A DNA stretch of 64,000 bases from Octopus bimaculoides (taxonomy: Eukaryota): contig NC_069002.1 of the NCBI RefSeq assembly GCF_001194135.2, positions 13,779,016-13,843,015 on the forward strand, read 5' to 3'. The notes under the pieces are model-generated. The model had not been told where the DNA came from and did not search any database. It saw only the letters and a list, made by a program, of their open reading frames with translations. Numbering within the stretch: position 1 is the stretch's first letter; the number at the start of each line of letters is the position of its first letter. Of the stretch, positions 1-11,600 are shown one piece after another. The position numbers were made by a program, and so were the translations under genes.

Positions 1-372
1 AATAGCATTTATTGTCCACAAGATAACAGGTTTCACAAGAGAAATGGTTATTATCTTCCAGACATCCTCATAATTTTTAAAGTACCCAATGATTTCCTGT
101 TAACTTGATATAGAATGACCTTCTTGTTCAATTTTATATATGGGCACAGATGTGTGGTTAAGAAGTTTGCTTCTCAACCATGTAGTTTTGTGTTTGTTCC
201 CACTGCATGGTACCTTGGGCAAGTGTCTTCTACTATGGTCTTGGGCCAGCCAAAGCCGTGTGAGTGAATTTAGCAGGTAGAAACTTGAAGAAGCCCATTG
301 TGTGTGTGTGTATTAGAAATAAACAATGAAGACAGAATAGTTGGCTTATATGGAAATCTTTAATGAGATATG

Positions 373-756
373 CACAGGAGTGGCTGTGTGGTAAGTAGCT
401 TGCTTACCAACCACATGGTTCCGGGTTCAGTCCCACTGCGTGGCACCTTGGGCAAGTGTCTTCTACTATAGCCTCGGGCCGACCAAAGCCTTGTGAGTGG
501 ATCTGGAAGACAGAAACTGAAAGAAGCCCGTCGTATATATATATATATGTATGTGTGTTTGCCCCCCCCCCCCACCATCGCTTGACAACTGATGCTGGTG
601 TGTTTACATCCCCCGTAACTTAGCGGTTCGGCAAAAAGAGACTGATAGAATAAGTACTAGGCTTACAAAGAAGAAGTCCTGGGGTCGATTTGCTCAACTA
701 AAGGCGGTGCTCCAGCATGGCAGCAGTCAAATGACTGAAACAAGTAGAAGAGTAAA
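373..756 (+). mobile_element. tRNA-derived SINE (family A: GGAGTGGCTGTGTGGTAAG head, internal TA/TG microsatellite, AGAGTAA tail)
   Basis: The same roughly 390-bp consensus recurs many times in the window, e.g. 2820-3170, 11813-12175, 14139-14470 and 19291-19692 (minus), and 54873-55210 (plus, 5-prime truncated). Confidence 0.88.
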
Positions 757-1549
757 TATCTGTGTGCATGTCCTTGCCTTGACATCATATGATAGTTGGG
801 AATGAGTGTTGTTCTCATGTGAAAAATGTCTTTTATTTCCAGTCTTCCATAAAAATATGCCTGGTTATGGAGAATATTACCTTATTTGGAAACAGGATGA
901 GCAACTGGCTGGAAAAATATCTACTTCAACAAATTCTGTCTGACCCATGCAAGCGTGGAAAAGTGGACATTAAATGATGATGACACCCTTATGAATGAAA
1001 ATTACAACACTGACAATTCAATAATTGATTGATTTATAAAAGGAAAAAGGTCGTCTTTTGACTACACTTAATATTAGTTGGAACTACAATAGATAAACAG
1101 TCAACATAACAAAATAACTCCATGTTATATGCAGTGGTAGTGACAGTGTTGTCGTTTAGCCCTAGGTCAGTCCTGATCAAAGACGTTCCAGCCATGACCA
1201 TTTCATCTATCTCTATATCAGAACTTATATTTTAATATATATCCTTCATGTAGCAGTTCCAGAGATTGGTGGTGGTGATAGTAATGCTGATGATGGTGGT
1301 GGAAGTAATGATGGTAGCAGTGTTAGCTGTGGTGGTGACGATTATGATGATTGCCAGTCAAATTTGTCAATGTTTTGAGCTCATACCAACCCCCATCTAA
1401 AAATGAGTGTGTTCATGGAAATTTGGTTGCTTTTTCTTGTAAATCAAGCAACAGCATAGAGGTTTCATTTTGGTTTATCTCGTGCTTTATCACGATTCAG
1501 CAAAATTAGCCACAGGCATCATTTATATAAAGAAAATATAAGTCATGCT

Positions 1550-1917
1550 GTTGTTGTTGGCACTCCGTCGCTTACGATGTCGAGGGTTCCAGTTGATCCG
1601 ATCAACAGAACAGCCTGCTCGTGAAATTATCAACGTGCAAGTGGCTAAGCACTCCACAGACACGTGTACCCTTAACGTAGTTCTCGGGGATATTCAGCGT
1701 GATAAGGCTGACCCTTTGAATTACAGGTACAAAAGAAACAGGAAGTAAGAGTGAGAGAAAGAGTACAGCAGGGTTCGCCACCACCCCCTGCCGGAGCCTC
1801 ATGGAGCTTTAGGTGTTTTCGCTCAATAAACACTCACAACGCCCGAGCTGGGAATCGAAACTGCGATCCTATGACTGTGAGTCCGCTGCCCTAACCACTG
1901 GGCCATTGCGCCTCCAC
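1550..1917 (-). mobile_element. tRNA-derived SINE (family D: GTGGAGGCGCAATGG head, CAA-repeat tail), full length
   Basis: A/B-box head, 3-prime hairpins (gttgat/atcaac; cgtcg-taag-cgacg). 12-bp TSD ATAAGTCATGCT at 1538-1549 and 1918-1929. Confidence 0.9.
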
Positions 1918-2169
1918 ATAAGTCATGCTACAGCTGTCATATTTAACATAATGAGGAAATCAAATATATTTATTAATACTTATGCTGTAAGGAGGGTAAA
2001 ACAGTGCAATGGTTAATATTAATTTGACTGTAATGAGCTGAAATCCTCTTAAACATAGCATACTAATTAAGGAAGCAGTGTCATTATGCCTGCACCTAAT
2101 AAAGTTGATGGTTTTTCACATATCCTCTGTACATGTCACATCCGGCTATGATCAAATGACATTGCAGTG

Positions 2170-2205
<36 letters not shown>

Positions 2206-3519
2206 TTTATTCTTGTACTTGTTTCAGTCATTTGACTGGCCATGCTGGGGCACTGCCTCAAGGACTTTTTAGTCTAAGAAATTGACCCTAGAACTTATTC
2301 TATCCATCTCTTTTGCCAGACTGCTAGGCTACAGGCACGCAAACACACCGACATTGGTTGTCAAGTGATGGTGGGTGGGGGGGACAAACATAGACGTACA
2401 AGCATAAAGATATATATATATATATATATATGTATTTTTCAGCTTCCATCTATAAAATCCACTCACAAGGCTTTGATTAGCTTGAGGCTATAGTAGAAGA
2501 CACTTGCCCAAGGTACGTACCATGGAGTGTGATTGAACCCAGAACCATGTGGTTGGGAAGCAAGCTTCATGCCACACAGCTGTGCCTGTGCCCACAAATA
2601 TATCTTTTATCTTTTACTTGTTTCAGTCATTAGACTGCGGCCATACTGGGGCACTGCCTTGAAAATTTTTTAGTTGAATGAACCAACCCCAGCACTTATT
2701 ATTTTAGCCTGGTACTTATTCTATCGGTATCTTTTGCTGAACCGCTAAGCTGTGGAGAAATAAACACACCAACACTGGTTATCAAGCGGTGGTGAAGGAC
2801 AAACACGTGTGTGTATATTCTTTTACTTGTTTGTCCTTTGTCTGCAGACATGCTGGAGCACTGCCTCTAGTCGAGCAAATTGACCCCCGGACTTATTCTT
2901 TGTAAGCCTAGTACTTATTCTATTGGTCTCTTTTGCCAAACTGCTGTTACGGGGACATAAACACACCAGCATCGGATGTCAAGTGATGTTGGGGGGACAA
3001 ACACACATACATATATATACGATGGGCTTCTTTCAGTTTCTGTCTTCCAAATCCGCTCACAAGGCTCTGGTCGGCCCAAGGCTATATAGAAGGCACTTGC
3101 CCAAGGTGCCATGCAGTGACACTGAACCCGGAACCATGGTTGTTAAGCAAGCTACTACGACACAGACACACTTGCACCTATATATATATATATATATATA
3201 TATGAAAAACATTCGAGCGAGGATGTTGCCAGTGCCGCTGGACTGGCTCCTGTGCAGGTGGCACGTAAAAAACACCATTTTGAGTGTGGCCGTTGCCAGT
3301 ACCACCTGACTGGCCTTCGTGCCGTTGTCTCGTAAAAGCACCCACTACACTCTCGGACACAGACAAATAGAAATTTCAAAATGTATAATGACGAGATTAT
3401 TAGCGGGTTTCTTTCTGTGGTGCTTCCATGTAAAAAAAATCCAATACTATCATCTCATCATTATTTCAACTAAATATTTATTGAACTCTGAAGAACCTTG
3501 AAAATTTACTTGTTTATCA

Positions 3520-4085
3520 AACTATGTGTTTTCCCCCCTGTACAGGTGTGAGAGCAGGACCTTTTATTGGTGCCATATCAGTCAACTGAAAGCATTTCAT
3601 ATCAGATTGCTCCAAAGCATCCTCAGTCTCACATAGCAGGACAAGGTGCCTCATACTGAAATCCTCCTGAGGGCAGGGATCTATAGCATCCTTTGTTGTC
3701 TTCTCTGTTGGGTTAGTCATGCGATTCAGATGCTGGGTAACTGGCTCCCAAAGATGGTTCTCTTCAGTGAAACCAAGACTGGGAGTAGGCCACATTGACA
3801 TCCAAAAGTTCGTTTTCATGATCATCTCAAGTGGGCTCTCTTTTTATGTGGTGTCCCTCCCAATCAGTGGAGCTCCTGGCTGATTATCACAAGGCATGGA
3901 GGTTTGTATAATGCTTGAGGAGAGCACTTTGAAACCAAATGCAGGAAACTGCATGAAGAGAGCAGGAGACGTTGTCATCAACACCTGCGGCTGTTGTTCA
4001 GGGTCACTTTCAGTGCTCTCAGTGCAGGAGGATCTGCTTATTTCATATTGGTCTTGTCAACCACATCAGTTCCCATGAGAAACAA
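3520..4085 (+). mobile_element. RTE-clade LINE, decayed 3-prime fragment (RT C-terminus plus terminal zinc finger)
   Basis: Plus-strand translation YRCESRTFY..QLKAFHIRLLQSIL..WVSHAIQM..LPKMVLFSE..PKVRFHDHLK and FQCSQCRRICLFHIGLVNHISSH (4008-4080), with stops. Confidence 0.8.
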
Positions 4086-4732
4086 TGTACTGCAGGTAAA
4101 GGAGGATGAATTTCTTGGATTGATGCTGTTATCACCCTTTGATGCGCCGTCATGAGGAAGTAAATATTCATTGAATCCCTTAAGGGCTCTGGATATTTAC
4201 ACTGGATTCTTTGTACATGGTTTAAGAAGACAAGAATAATGCTAGAATTCTAATTAAAAATGCAGGACTTGACGAATGTGTTATTCCTTATTTTACATCA
4301 TTTCATATCTACTTTCCCATACTTGCATGATGAAAATATGTTGGGAAAGAGCTTTCTAAGGCTGGATGCCATTCCTATTGCCAACCCCCACCCGTTTCCT
4401 AGTGAGGCAATAATCTCCCAGTCTACTGAACTGTTTGAACATGCTTATGTGGAGAACTGGAAACAAAGATTGAAATGAGGTTTTTGTATATAAAGATTAC
4501 ACATGTCAAGAAATCTGGATATTCTTTAATAGTGGACTGCAAGTTGTTAGATTGTAGAAATGGTTTTCTCTAACAATTAAATTTTATTAGTCCACATTAA
4601 CACGAAACAAGGTTGAGCCATTGCAGAGGGTAACCTTGCAAAGAAATCCTACAATAACCAAGAAAGCAGAGATATCTTCAAGCAAATAACAAGGATGAGA
4701 AAAAAGAACATTTTGTACAATTTTATAGCTTT

Positions 4733-4871
4733 TTAAAATTCCATTATTTCAGAATCTGGCTTCAATTGTTGTGTTTCAACATGAACAGTCTTTGGAGCAA
4801 TATAGGAACCCATACCAGCCGCTCTTTCAGCTTCTGCCTGACTATAAGGTTCAGTTTTCAATTCCTTAATT
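4733..4871 (-). CDS. ZNF593: ZNF593 coding exon 3 (last)
   Basis: Acceptor tatttgcAG (4873-4872). Encodes [45 protein letters not shown], with the EPYSQ[10 protein letters not shown] signature. The spliced protein is 133 aa. AATAAA on the minus strand at 4588-4583. Confidence 0.95.
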
Positions 4872-5324
4872 CTGCAAATAAAATAAAAACAAAAGCTTCA
4901 ACTAAAATATAGTGAGTAGTGAGAGACATCAACTGAGCCCCACCCCCACCACTTTTCCTTGTACTATCAGTATTCTATTGAAGTAGAAAGTAACTCTGAA
5001 CCCTCTAAGGGACAACGATTTTTTTTAGGTACAAAAATAAATTACTGTTATGCAGAAAACTAAATTCTCTTAAAAGCAGACTGCACTTTACATTTAGATT
5101 ACATTTAGATATACAATGTCTATTTATTCACTTTGTTTTCGATTATCATCATCATCATTTAGTGCCTGTAGTCCATGCTGGCATGGGTTGGATGGTTTGA
5201 CCAGAGGTGGTAAGCTGAGGAGCTGCACTAGGCTCCAGTCTGATTTGCATGGTTTCTATGGCTGGATGCCTTTCCTAACACCAAGCACTTTACAGAGTGA
5301 GCTGGGTGGTTTTACATTGTACTA

Positions 5325-5490
5325 CATGAGTGCTTTTATGTGACACTGCACAGGTACTTTTATGTGACACTACACAGGTGCTTTTATGTGACACTGCACA
5401 GGTACTTTTATGTGACACTGCACAAGCACTTTTACGTGGCACAAGTGCCTTTACATGACATCGCATAGGTACTTTTTCATGGCACTGCAT
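5325..5490. repeat. About 24-bp minisatellite in a family-C repeat
   Basis: Unit GTGACACTGCACAGGTACTTTTAT, about 7 degenerate copies. Confidence 0.85.
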
Positions 5491-6596
5491 AGCTTTGAGA
5501 TTTCAAATGATGTGATTGTTTATTTTTAGAATGATATTGTAGGGAGTGTTGAGAGGCCAGATTTGGCCAGGTTGAACATAGAACAGAATACTGGGCCAGA
5601 TATGGTTAATTTAAAAGCTAAAGATCTGTCCAAACTCAGGGTCTTCCCCAACGGTATTCAATCAAAAGGGATATATTGTGTATTAATTCTTCTGCAGTCC
5701 TTTGCTCCTATGAAGCATAAGCAATTAACGATTTTCCCACAATTCTCTTTCTTAGCAGCTTCCTTTCACATTTTGCTGCATCACACCATGTTTCCCTGAG
5801 GAAAGACTTTCCTCTCCTAAGTCTTCTTGGTTTTGATTGACATCAATGCTTCTGTAACTTCGATTTTTTTTTCTAGAGAGAAGTGTTGGCACTATGCAAA
5901 TCCATTTTTACCTCTGGGTAGAGTGGTCCATGTCAGTCTAGTGACCTATCCAGATGAGAGGCCCCTACCAAGAACTTGCACTCCAATGGCATAGCACTTT
6001 GAGTTATTGAGATACACAAGCAACAACACTGCAACGAGGACAGGACCTTGTGGTAGATTATGCATTGTTTAGTTCATATGAATTCAAATCTACAATGAAA
6101 TGAGAAAGACGAATCTACGTCCCACATTTATGAAGAGGTAGAGAATCTGTAATTGTTGGCTCAGCAGTAAGAGCCCCTTATGACAATATATGTAAGTAAA
6201 CACTGGGAGTTAAAATATAAGACTGCCATTGCAAAAAACAACCAGTAAAGTACTGTTTCAAGTTTTAATTTTTTTCGTTTTTCGTTATCCTTTATTGTTT
6301 CTAAAACATTCATAAACAGTTTGTGCCAGACTTTAAATCTACAGTGTTAAACGAAGTAACGGCCACTAACCAACAAAATTCAAATTAAACCTGTAACTTT
6401 TATCTCCCTTAGACAAGAAGACAAAGTCAACTAGTTTGACTGAATTCCTCCCCTGTCGCAACACGCACACACATCACGAATTAAATAAATTTTCTATTAC
6501 GTCGTTTAAAAGTACATACTGGGAGATAACTCTGCGAAAAAAAAGTTGTAAGAGCTAATTGAAGATTTTGATTCACCTCATCCCTTCTGTTACTCT

Positions 6597-6950
6597 GTTG
6601 TTGTTGGCACTCCGTCGAGGGTTCCAGTTGATCATATCAACGGAACAGCCTGCTCGTGAAATTAACGTGCAAGTGGCTGAGCACTCCACAGACACGTGTA
6701 CCCTTAACGTAATTCTCGGGGATATTCAGCGTGACACAGTGTGACAAGGCTGACCCTTTGAATTACAGGCACAACAGAAATAGGAAGTAAGAGTGAGAGA
6801 AAGTTGTGGTGAAAGAGTACGGCAGGGTTCGCCACCATCCCCTGCCGGAGCCTCATGGAGCTTTAGGTGTTTTCGCTCAAATAAACACTCACAACGCGAT
6901 CCTATGACCGCGAGTCCGCTGCCCTAACCACTGGGCCATTGCGCCTCCAC
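6597..6950 (-). mobile_element. SINE family D copy in ZNF593 intron 2
   Basis: 11-bp TSD TCTGTTACTCT at 6586-6596 and 6951-6961. Confidence 0.9.
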
Positions 6951-7477
6951 TCTGTTACTCTATTTCTGTTGAAATACATAGCCTTTGTTTCAACTAATTT
7001 TGAAATAATGAATTTAGTAAAATAATTTTGTCATTATTAAGCCGGTATTCAGAACAAAATAGCAGGGAAGGTTTTAATTTAAATTGCTTTAAAACGGGAA
7101 GTTTGCATCATAGAACCGGTTTCAAGTGGGTTTATATGAAAACGGTTAAATATACTATCAGATATCTTTTCATTCACCAATGATAAGCAGCAATGAGTTA
7201 CCATCATAGATTTGTTTAAACAGGTCTGACTCATTCGAATGCTTTGTTTAAGAATAAAATTTTAAATCTACTTCCTCCATCTAAGCTGACTGAAATATTC
7301 CATTCCCATGTAGTGAAAAATTTTGGTAAGAGCTGATTGTGTGACCTCCAGTATATTACAGGTACTTATTTCTTTGAACAGATGATAGGCTAAATAAAAA
7401 CTCCACTAAAATATGAACTCATGAAAAAGCAGAATCAAACTAAATAGTGTTCTATATTTAAGAGATGAGGAATTATG

Positions 7478-7890
7478 TACATTATTTGCAATTGACAGAT
7501 ATTTGTCCTCATCGTGTTTGTTGTTGACACATTTTGGCTGATATACCCTCCAGCCTTCATCAGGTGTCTTGGGGAAATTTCGAACCTGGGTTCTCATTCC
7601 TAAGGATAAGAGAATATTAGATTTATAAGCCCTAAAATTCACACCAGAATTGCCCATGGGCATATGGCGTAGTGGTTAGAGCACAGGCTACTAATCCAAG
7701 ATTCCGAGTTCGATTCCAGGTAGTGACCTGAATAATAATAATAACAACATTGAAAAATACCTTAGGAATGAGAGCCCAGGTTTGAAATTTCTCCAAGACA
7801 CCTGATGAAGGCTGGAGGGTATATCAGCTGAAACGTTATGTTAACAACAAACAAGATGATGACAAATATCCGTCAATTGCAAATAATGTA
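7478..7890. repeat. Long inverted repeat (about 130-bp arms, 154-bp spacer)
   Basis: Arms at 7478-7605 and 7760-7890 are reverse complements with scattered mismatches. Confidence 0.92.
7658..7890 (+). mobile_element. tRNA-headed element with a hammerhead-like tail
   Basis: A box TGGCGTAGTGG (7665-7675), B box GTTCGATTCC (7708-7717), (AAT)n, then CTGATGA-stem-GAAAC (7802-7834). Confidence 0.65.
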
Positions 7891-8214
7891 AACTAAATAT
7901 TGGTTCCAAATTTTTGGCACAAGGCCAGCAATTTCAGGGGAGGAGGGTAAATTGATTATATCGACCCCAGTGTGCAACTGGTACTTATTTTATCGACCCC
8001 TAAAGGATGAAAGGCAAAGTCAACCTTGGCAGAATTTGAACACAGAACGTGAAGACAAACGAAATGCTGCTAAGCATTTTCTGCCAGCTTGACATCTCGG
8101 AATTAAACTAAATATTGTAACATTTTTTAGTCTGGTAATGTTACTGTAGCAACTCATTATCCTCAAAGTATATCTAAAACACAACATCCATAGAATGATT
8201 TCAACAAAGACCTC

Positions 8215-8470
8215 ATCATCATCATCATTTACCGTCCACTTTCCATGCTAGCATGGGTTGGACGATTTGACTGAGGACTGGTGAACCAGATGGCTGCACC
8301 AGGCTCCAATCTGATCTGGCAGAGATTCTACAGCTGGATGCCCTTCCTAACGCCAACCACTCCGAGAGTGTAGTGGGTGCTTTTACGTGCCACCAGCACG
8401 AGGCTCACTCTGGCGGTACTGGCAACGGCTATGCTCAAAATGGTGTTTTTTTACGTGCCACCTGTGTTTT
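8215..8470 (-). mobile_element. RTE-associated 3-prime-end repeat (family C, GAT-repeat tail)
   Basis: catcatcatc..ttccatgctagcatgggttggacg..ctggatgcccttcctaacgccaacc; copies at about 5145, 8720, 10520-10800, 25190, 32005, 39110-39470, 42240-42400, 54320-54455 and 59740. Confidence 0.75.
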
Positions 8471-9144
8471 AAAATCTCAAATCACCAAGAATTACAGTAA
8501 AGGAAGTAATGAACATCATCATAAAGAGTAAATTGAGTCTATAATCTGGATGTGATAGCAACTGCCTGTAAATACCCTTAGATCATCATCATTGTTTAAT
8601 GTCCACTTTTCCATACTTGCATGGGTCATATGGAGTTTACTGAGGTGGATTTTCTATAGCCAGATGTCCTTCCTGGTGCCAACCAGGTTTCCAAGCAAAG
8701 AAATATTTCTCCATGGCTAAACATCATCATATAACGTCTGTTGTCCATGCTGACATGGGTTGGACGGTTTGACCAGGACTGGTAAGCTGAGGGGCTGCAC
8801 CAGATTCCAGTCTGATTTGGCATGGTTTCTATGGCTGGATGCCCTTCCTAATGCCACTTGGCAGAATGTTGGTCAAGACAAGGAAACACAAATATACACA
8901 CACATGATGGGCTTCTTGCATTTTCCATGCTTGACCCAATTCACTCACAAGGCTTCAGTTGGCCCGGGGGTTTAGTAGATGACAATTGCCTAAGGTACCC
9001 CGCAGTGGAACCGAACCAAAAAACAATGTTTGGAAAGCAAACTTCCATGATTAATTCTACCACTAATCATACCCTCACCAACTAAAATTCACCTGGAACA
9101 GTAATAAATAAACAAACAAATAATACAATAAAACACCAACTTAC

Positions 9145-9207
9145 CTCCGTTTATGGGGTTTGCCTCTAAAATGTTCTTTCATGGCAAAATTGCTGATGAA
9201 ATATTTC
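9145..9207 (-). CDS. ZNF593: ZNF593 coding exon 2 (completes the C2H2 finger)
   Basis: Acceptor cttctacAG (9209-9208) and donor GTAAGT (9144). The 63 nt keep the frame: (S)KYFISNFAMKEHFRGKPHKR(R), i.e. the RYF...HF-x-x-K-x-HKRR motif. Confidence 0.93.
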
Positions 9208-11228
9208 CTGTAGAAGTCAAAAACAGAAAACATGGGATAAAATTCTTCATTTATTCTTTTCTTGGCATTCAACCAATTAAACAATAAATTTCAAATTAAA
9301 CTGAAGCATGTACGGCCAAATTGATAGGGAAGTGGACGAAACAGTTGAAACATCACTAGTCCACATGGTGGTGGTGAGACAGTATTATATCTGCAGTCAA
9401 GATAAAGTCTTGAGTGAGATTCCATGGCTATTATTGTTTAGTCCATGGTCAAATCTGACAAAACAAACACATTTATGATCACAGATCATACCATCTTTTC
9501 TCCTGGAATAGTGTACCATGGATGACATCCTCAAATGCGTCTTTTCATAATGAAGTAGGGTGTGATTTAAAGGAAACTTGACTGTTATTTCTAGCGATTC
9601 AAACAACCCCACAAAGGCAGATTCATTGGCAGTAAGTAGATTCCAGAGAAAAGGAACAACTTTTTTTTTGTTGCAAGCAGTGGCAGTACTGTAAAAGTGA
9701 TGAGTGTTTTCTTCCTTTGAAATTCTGAATTTTCTATCTCCTTTGAAAATATGGCCAGAAAAATTAACACCCGTCTCTCTTATATAAAAGTCACAAGACT
9801 CTTCCTTTAACACTGGTTTAAATTCAAGATTTAGTTAATTATGGAAAATGTGCCTTTGTGTTCTGAGTTCAAATCCTGTCCAGGGTACATTTTAGCTTTC
9901 ATCCACTGAAGGTCAACATAATTGACTAAGCCTTAGCAGGAGCTCCAGCAGGGCCACAATCTGATGACTGAAACCAATGAAAGAAATCCAAATGGCTCAA
10001 CTAACTGCTGCTACTCTCAATTTCACACCTGAACAACTCATCTCAAAGAAACCAGGTAAATTCCCAGACAGGTTCCATATATTTTATTTAAGTATACAAT
10101 AAAAAGACGTATTTTACACATTTAACAAACAATAAGGTTGTTGGATCCAGATTTCCGATGGATTTATTGTATTTCTGAGGGTGAGGGTAGCAAGAGATTG
10201 TTTAACTTACCTTAGCAGGGCATTTACTACATGGGGTATTTTTCTTTCAATGCACCGCATTTGGGAGTTTACTAGCAAATCTTTTGCTTAAAACAGGGTC
10301 TAACCTTACTATGGGTACCATGTAACTCAGAACTAGTCCTAATGTCAAATGCTCAATAACTAAGCAGTGCCTCCCAAATTTATAGGTGATAAGGGTGTTT
10401 GGATTAAGAATAAAACTTGTCAAAGGGTAGATGAGTCTACTCTCGTTAAGAAGCCAATACCCAATTATTACAGCCTGTATAGACACACACATTATATATA
10501 TGTGTATAGTTACTTGGTGACTCTGTCGGCGCTGGTGCCACGTAAAAAGCATCCAGACGACACTGTGAAGTGGCTGGCATTCGGAAGGGCATCCAGCTGT
10601 AAAAACCATACCAAAACTGACCACGTCTGTGCAGGTGCCACATAAAAAGCACTCAGACCACTGTGCGGGGTGGTTGGTATTAGGAAGGGCATCTAGTCGT
10701 AAAAACCAAATCAAAACAGACACAGTAGTCTGGTGCAGTCTTCTGAAACCTGGCCGGCTCCTGTCAAACCGTTCAACCCATGTCAGCTTGGAAAACGGGC
10801 GATGATGCTTATATATATATTCTGTAAATAATAATATTCTATAATCTTAAAGCTTATAAACCGTCACCGCGTATTGTCTAAAGAAAATAGTCTAATATTT
10901 CCAGTGGGTAACAGGCTCAAAAGATGTCAGGGCCTTTTACAATAAAGAACTCAGAAACTGAACCAAAGTTCCTCCAAAATCGATCCCCTCCAAAATTTTA
11001 TCGGCAAATTTGTAATCTACACCCTCGCAAACGCATCTCTACAAAATGTCATTAGAGACTATTCGTTTTAAAGATAGTTATGAGGAAATAAAGTCAGTAG
11101 GTGGTGGTGGTGGTGGCTATCAGGAGTTATGTCAATTGATTGACCCTGCTAAATTCGGAGAACTGTGTGTAAATCCATGGCAGATAAGAGGGAGAAATAA
11201 ATAAAAGATCTTGCAGTTGGTTACTTAC

Positions 11229-11428
11229 GAGCAATGGAGACAGTAGAATTGCGCAGCGCCAGGCAAATCATAATTTACGGCTTGATTCAATAATTTCGAG
11301 GCCACTGCAGGTTTCATGTCGTCGTGGATTTGATCAACGTCCCTTCCATAACGTTTAGTCTTCCATTTCTTCTTAAAAGTACAAGCAGATTTGTTCTTAT
11401 GAAAGCCCTTCTTCGACGTGTGGGTCAT
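11229..11428 (-). CDS. ZNF593: Zinc finger protein 593 (Bud20 orthologue, pre-60S maturation/export factor), coding exon 1
   Basis: MTHTSKK...[19 protein letters not shown]...[15 protein letters not shown] matches the ZNF593/Bud20 N-terminal half (KR-x-DLDEIH, DLPG-x-G-x-x-x-C-x-x-C). It ends in phase 2 at a GTAAGT donor (11228-11223). Confidence 0.93.
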
Positions 11429-11499
11429 GGTTGTTTACACGTGCTGAGTCAGAGAGAAAAGAGGAAGTTGGTGCTTGTTGTAATAACTCTTCTGTTAAG

Positions 11500-11600
11500 T
11501 GGAGATAGATTTAGTGCGGGGAGGTGCTAGCTCTGACGTCATTCATCAACGTTCGGTCGCGTCTTTACCTGACCGGACAACTTTAAACAACAAAACAATC
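11500..11600 (-). promoter_or_regulatory. Probable ZNF593 promoter with a palindromic CRE/ATF site
   Basis: Local CpG enrichment and a perfect TGACGTCA at 11534-11541, about 105 bp upstream of the ATG. Confidence 0.45.

Noticed and set aside
360-3379. Recurrent ORFs with LPKVP..GTEPGTMW or YIYIYI (also at 11956, 49282, 54914, 63086)
   Set aside because: They are translations of SINE families A, B and D.
3517-3825. Minus-strand 102-aa ORF with a chromodomain-like GFTEENHLWEP
   Set aside because: It is the antisense of a clear RTE-LINE fragment on the plus strand.
9397-9813. 138-aa ORF within ZNF593 intron 1
   Set aside because: It has a non-ATG start and no recognisable motif, and includes a dispersed repeat (ctagaaataacag..caaat..cacaccctac) also seen near 62235, 62645 and 63410.
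11225-11428. 67-aa ORF as a complete protein
   Set aside because: It is only exon 1 of ZNF593; the stop lies within the intron after the GT donor.
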